Below, in pieces: positions 48,559 to 49,138 of a DNA stretch of 49,138 bases. Source of the stretch: Negativicutes bacterium (GTDB taxonomy: Bacteria > Bacillota > Negativicutes > JAGOZY01); the NCBI GenBank assembly GCA_017995975.1, contig JAGOHU010000001.1:1-49138 (forward strand). The letters run 5' to 3'. The notes under the pieces were generated by a model. The model searched no databases, was not told the origin of the DNA, and saw only the letters and a list, made by a program, of their open reading frames with translations. Every line of letters starts with the position of its first letter. Positions within the stretch are counted from its first letter, which is position 1. Made by a program: the position numbers and the translations under genes.

Positions 48559-48658
48559 TCGTTTGTACCGTTGGGACTAGATTCAATCTTCGTTTCACTC
48601 GATTTCATCAAGGCTACGGTATCCCTCGTACTAGGACTTTTTCGTCACTTTGTTCCTT
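48559..48658. repeat. Copy 2 of the 100-nt direct repeat, lying between the prs stop and the hairpin terminator
   Basis: Differs from copy 1 at only two positions (T/G in the gtttNta segment and A/C in the gggaNtag segment). Confidence 0.85.
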
Positions 48659-48674
48659 AAAGTCCTGTACTCGT

Positions 48675-49138
48675 TTAGCACCACAATTTTCCTTGTTTGA
48701 TTGTTTTTTCATCAAAGAGACAACTGACCGAGTAATTTTTCGAGATTCGAAGGATTGTTTCGCCAAAGAGAGGTGCAAGGGAAATAACTTTAATTTTTTC
48801 ATGCATTTTCTCTTCTGGTACTGGGATCGAATCACTCACTACTACTTCTTTGAGAGCCGAGTCAGCAATTCGTTGAATCGCCGGGTCGCTAAAGACCGGG
48901 TGAGTACAAGCTGCATAGATATCTTTTGCTCCAAATTTTTTGAGTGCATTTGCTCCCTCAGTGAGAGAACCGGCGGTGTCAATAATATCGTCAACGATAA
49001 TGACATTTTTACCTTCTACAGAACCAATGATATTCATCACTTCTGCAACCCCAGGCATAGGTCGTCGTTTTTCAATAATTGCAATTGGCGCTTCGAGGAG
49101 ATCAGCCATTTGTCTAGCTCGATTGACTCCGCCAAGGT
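48675..49138 (-). CDS. prs: Ribose-phosphate pyrophosphokinase, C-terminal part (5' end outside the window)
   Basis: The frame stays open to the window edge (...LGGVNRARQMADLLEAPIAIIEKRRP...). PRPP-binding loop IIVDDIIDTAGS. C-terminus SVSCLF plus about 11 extra residues. Confidence 0.93.
   Translation of the reverse strand, partial: LGGVNRARQMADLLEAPIAIIEKRRPMPGVAEVMNIIGSVEGKNVIIVDDIIDTAGSLTEGANALKKFGAKDIYAACTHPVFSDPAIQRIADSALKEVVVSDSIPVPEEKMHEKIKVISLAPLFGETILRISKNYSVSCLFDEKTIKQGKLWC

Noticed and set aside
48390-48658. Tried to assign the 100-nt repeat to a known riboswitch or ncRNA class: c-di-GMP-I/II, c-di-AMP, ykkC/guanidine I-III, purine, TPP, glycine, fluoride, ZTP, T-box, PyrR site, tRNA and group II intron domains V/VI.
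   Set aside because: No convincing match to the consensus cores as I remember them. Only short chance similarities were seen, for example GACGAAAAAGTCC versus GACGCAAAGCC of GEMM-I, and that one is in the wrong order. It is left unclassified pending cmscan.
48614-48835. A 73-aa minus-strand ORF spanning the prs 3' end and repeat copy 2.
   Set aside because: It is out of frame with the clearly conserved Prs C-terminus. Its tail is just a read-through of the repeat element.

Overview
About 49 kb of chromosome in which 51 of 52 called genes lie on the minus strand. No rRNA, tRNA, CRISPR array, transposase or integrase was recognised. The gene content points to a diderm (outer-membrane-bearing) Firmicute, probably Negativicutes-like; this is an inference. 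In transcription order (high to low coordinates) the window holds: (1) prs, partial. (2) A small AT-rich islet with two near-identical 100-nt structured repeats flanking a strong hairpin terminator, a secreted hypothetical protein, and the only plus-strand gene, a Bfd-like 2Fe-2S protein. (3) pth, a hypothetical, xth and a PAP2 phosphatase. (4) rpmE. (5) The classic Firmicute block DUF1385-prfA-prmC-tsaC-ywlE-rpiB-TIGR01440-glyA-upp-comEB. (6) A tandem-MazG protein. (7) wecA-wecB. (8) The F1Fo ATP synthase operon atpZ-atpI-atpBEFHAGDC. (9) murA-mreB. (10) Three poorly understood envelope genes: an AMIN plus phosphodiester-glycosidase protein, a small lipoyl-like secreted protein, and a SpoIVB-like S55 peptidase. 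(11) A large outer-membrane/LPS cluster, mlaE-mlaF-mlaD-tolC-tamB-bamA-skp-skp-lpxD-lpxL-lpxC-fabZ-lpxA-lpxI-lpxB-msbA (msbA partial). The items most worth a second look are the S55 protein with its catalytic motifs in inverted order, the 100-nt repeat pair that looks like a tandem cis-regulatory RNA, the long MlaD with an OMP-like C-terminal module, and the AMIN/DUF2233 plus lipoyl-like gene pair. Most of the window is ordinary housekeeping. Many track ORFs were trimmed to starts that have a Shine-Dalgarno sequence.
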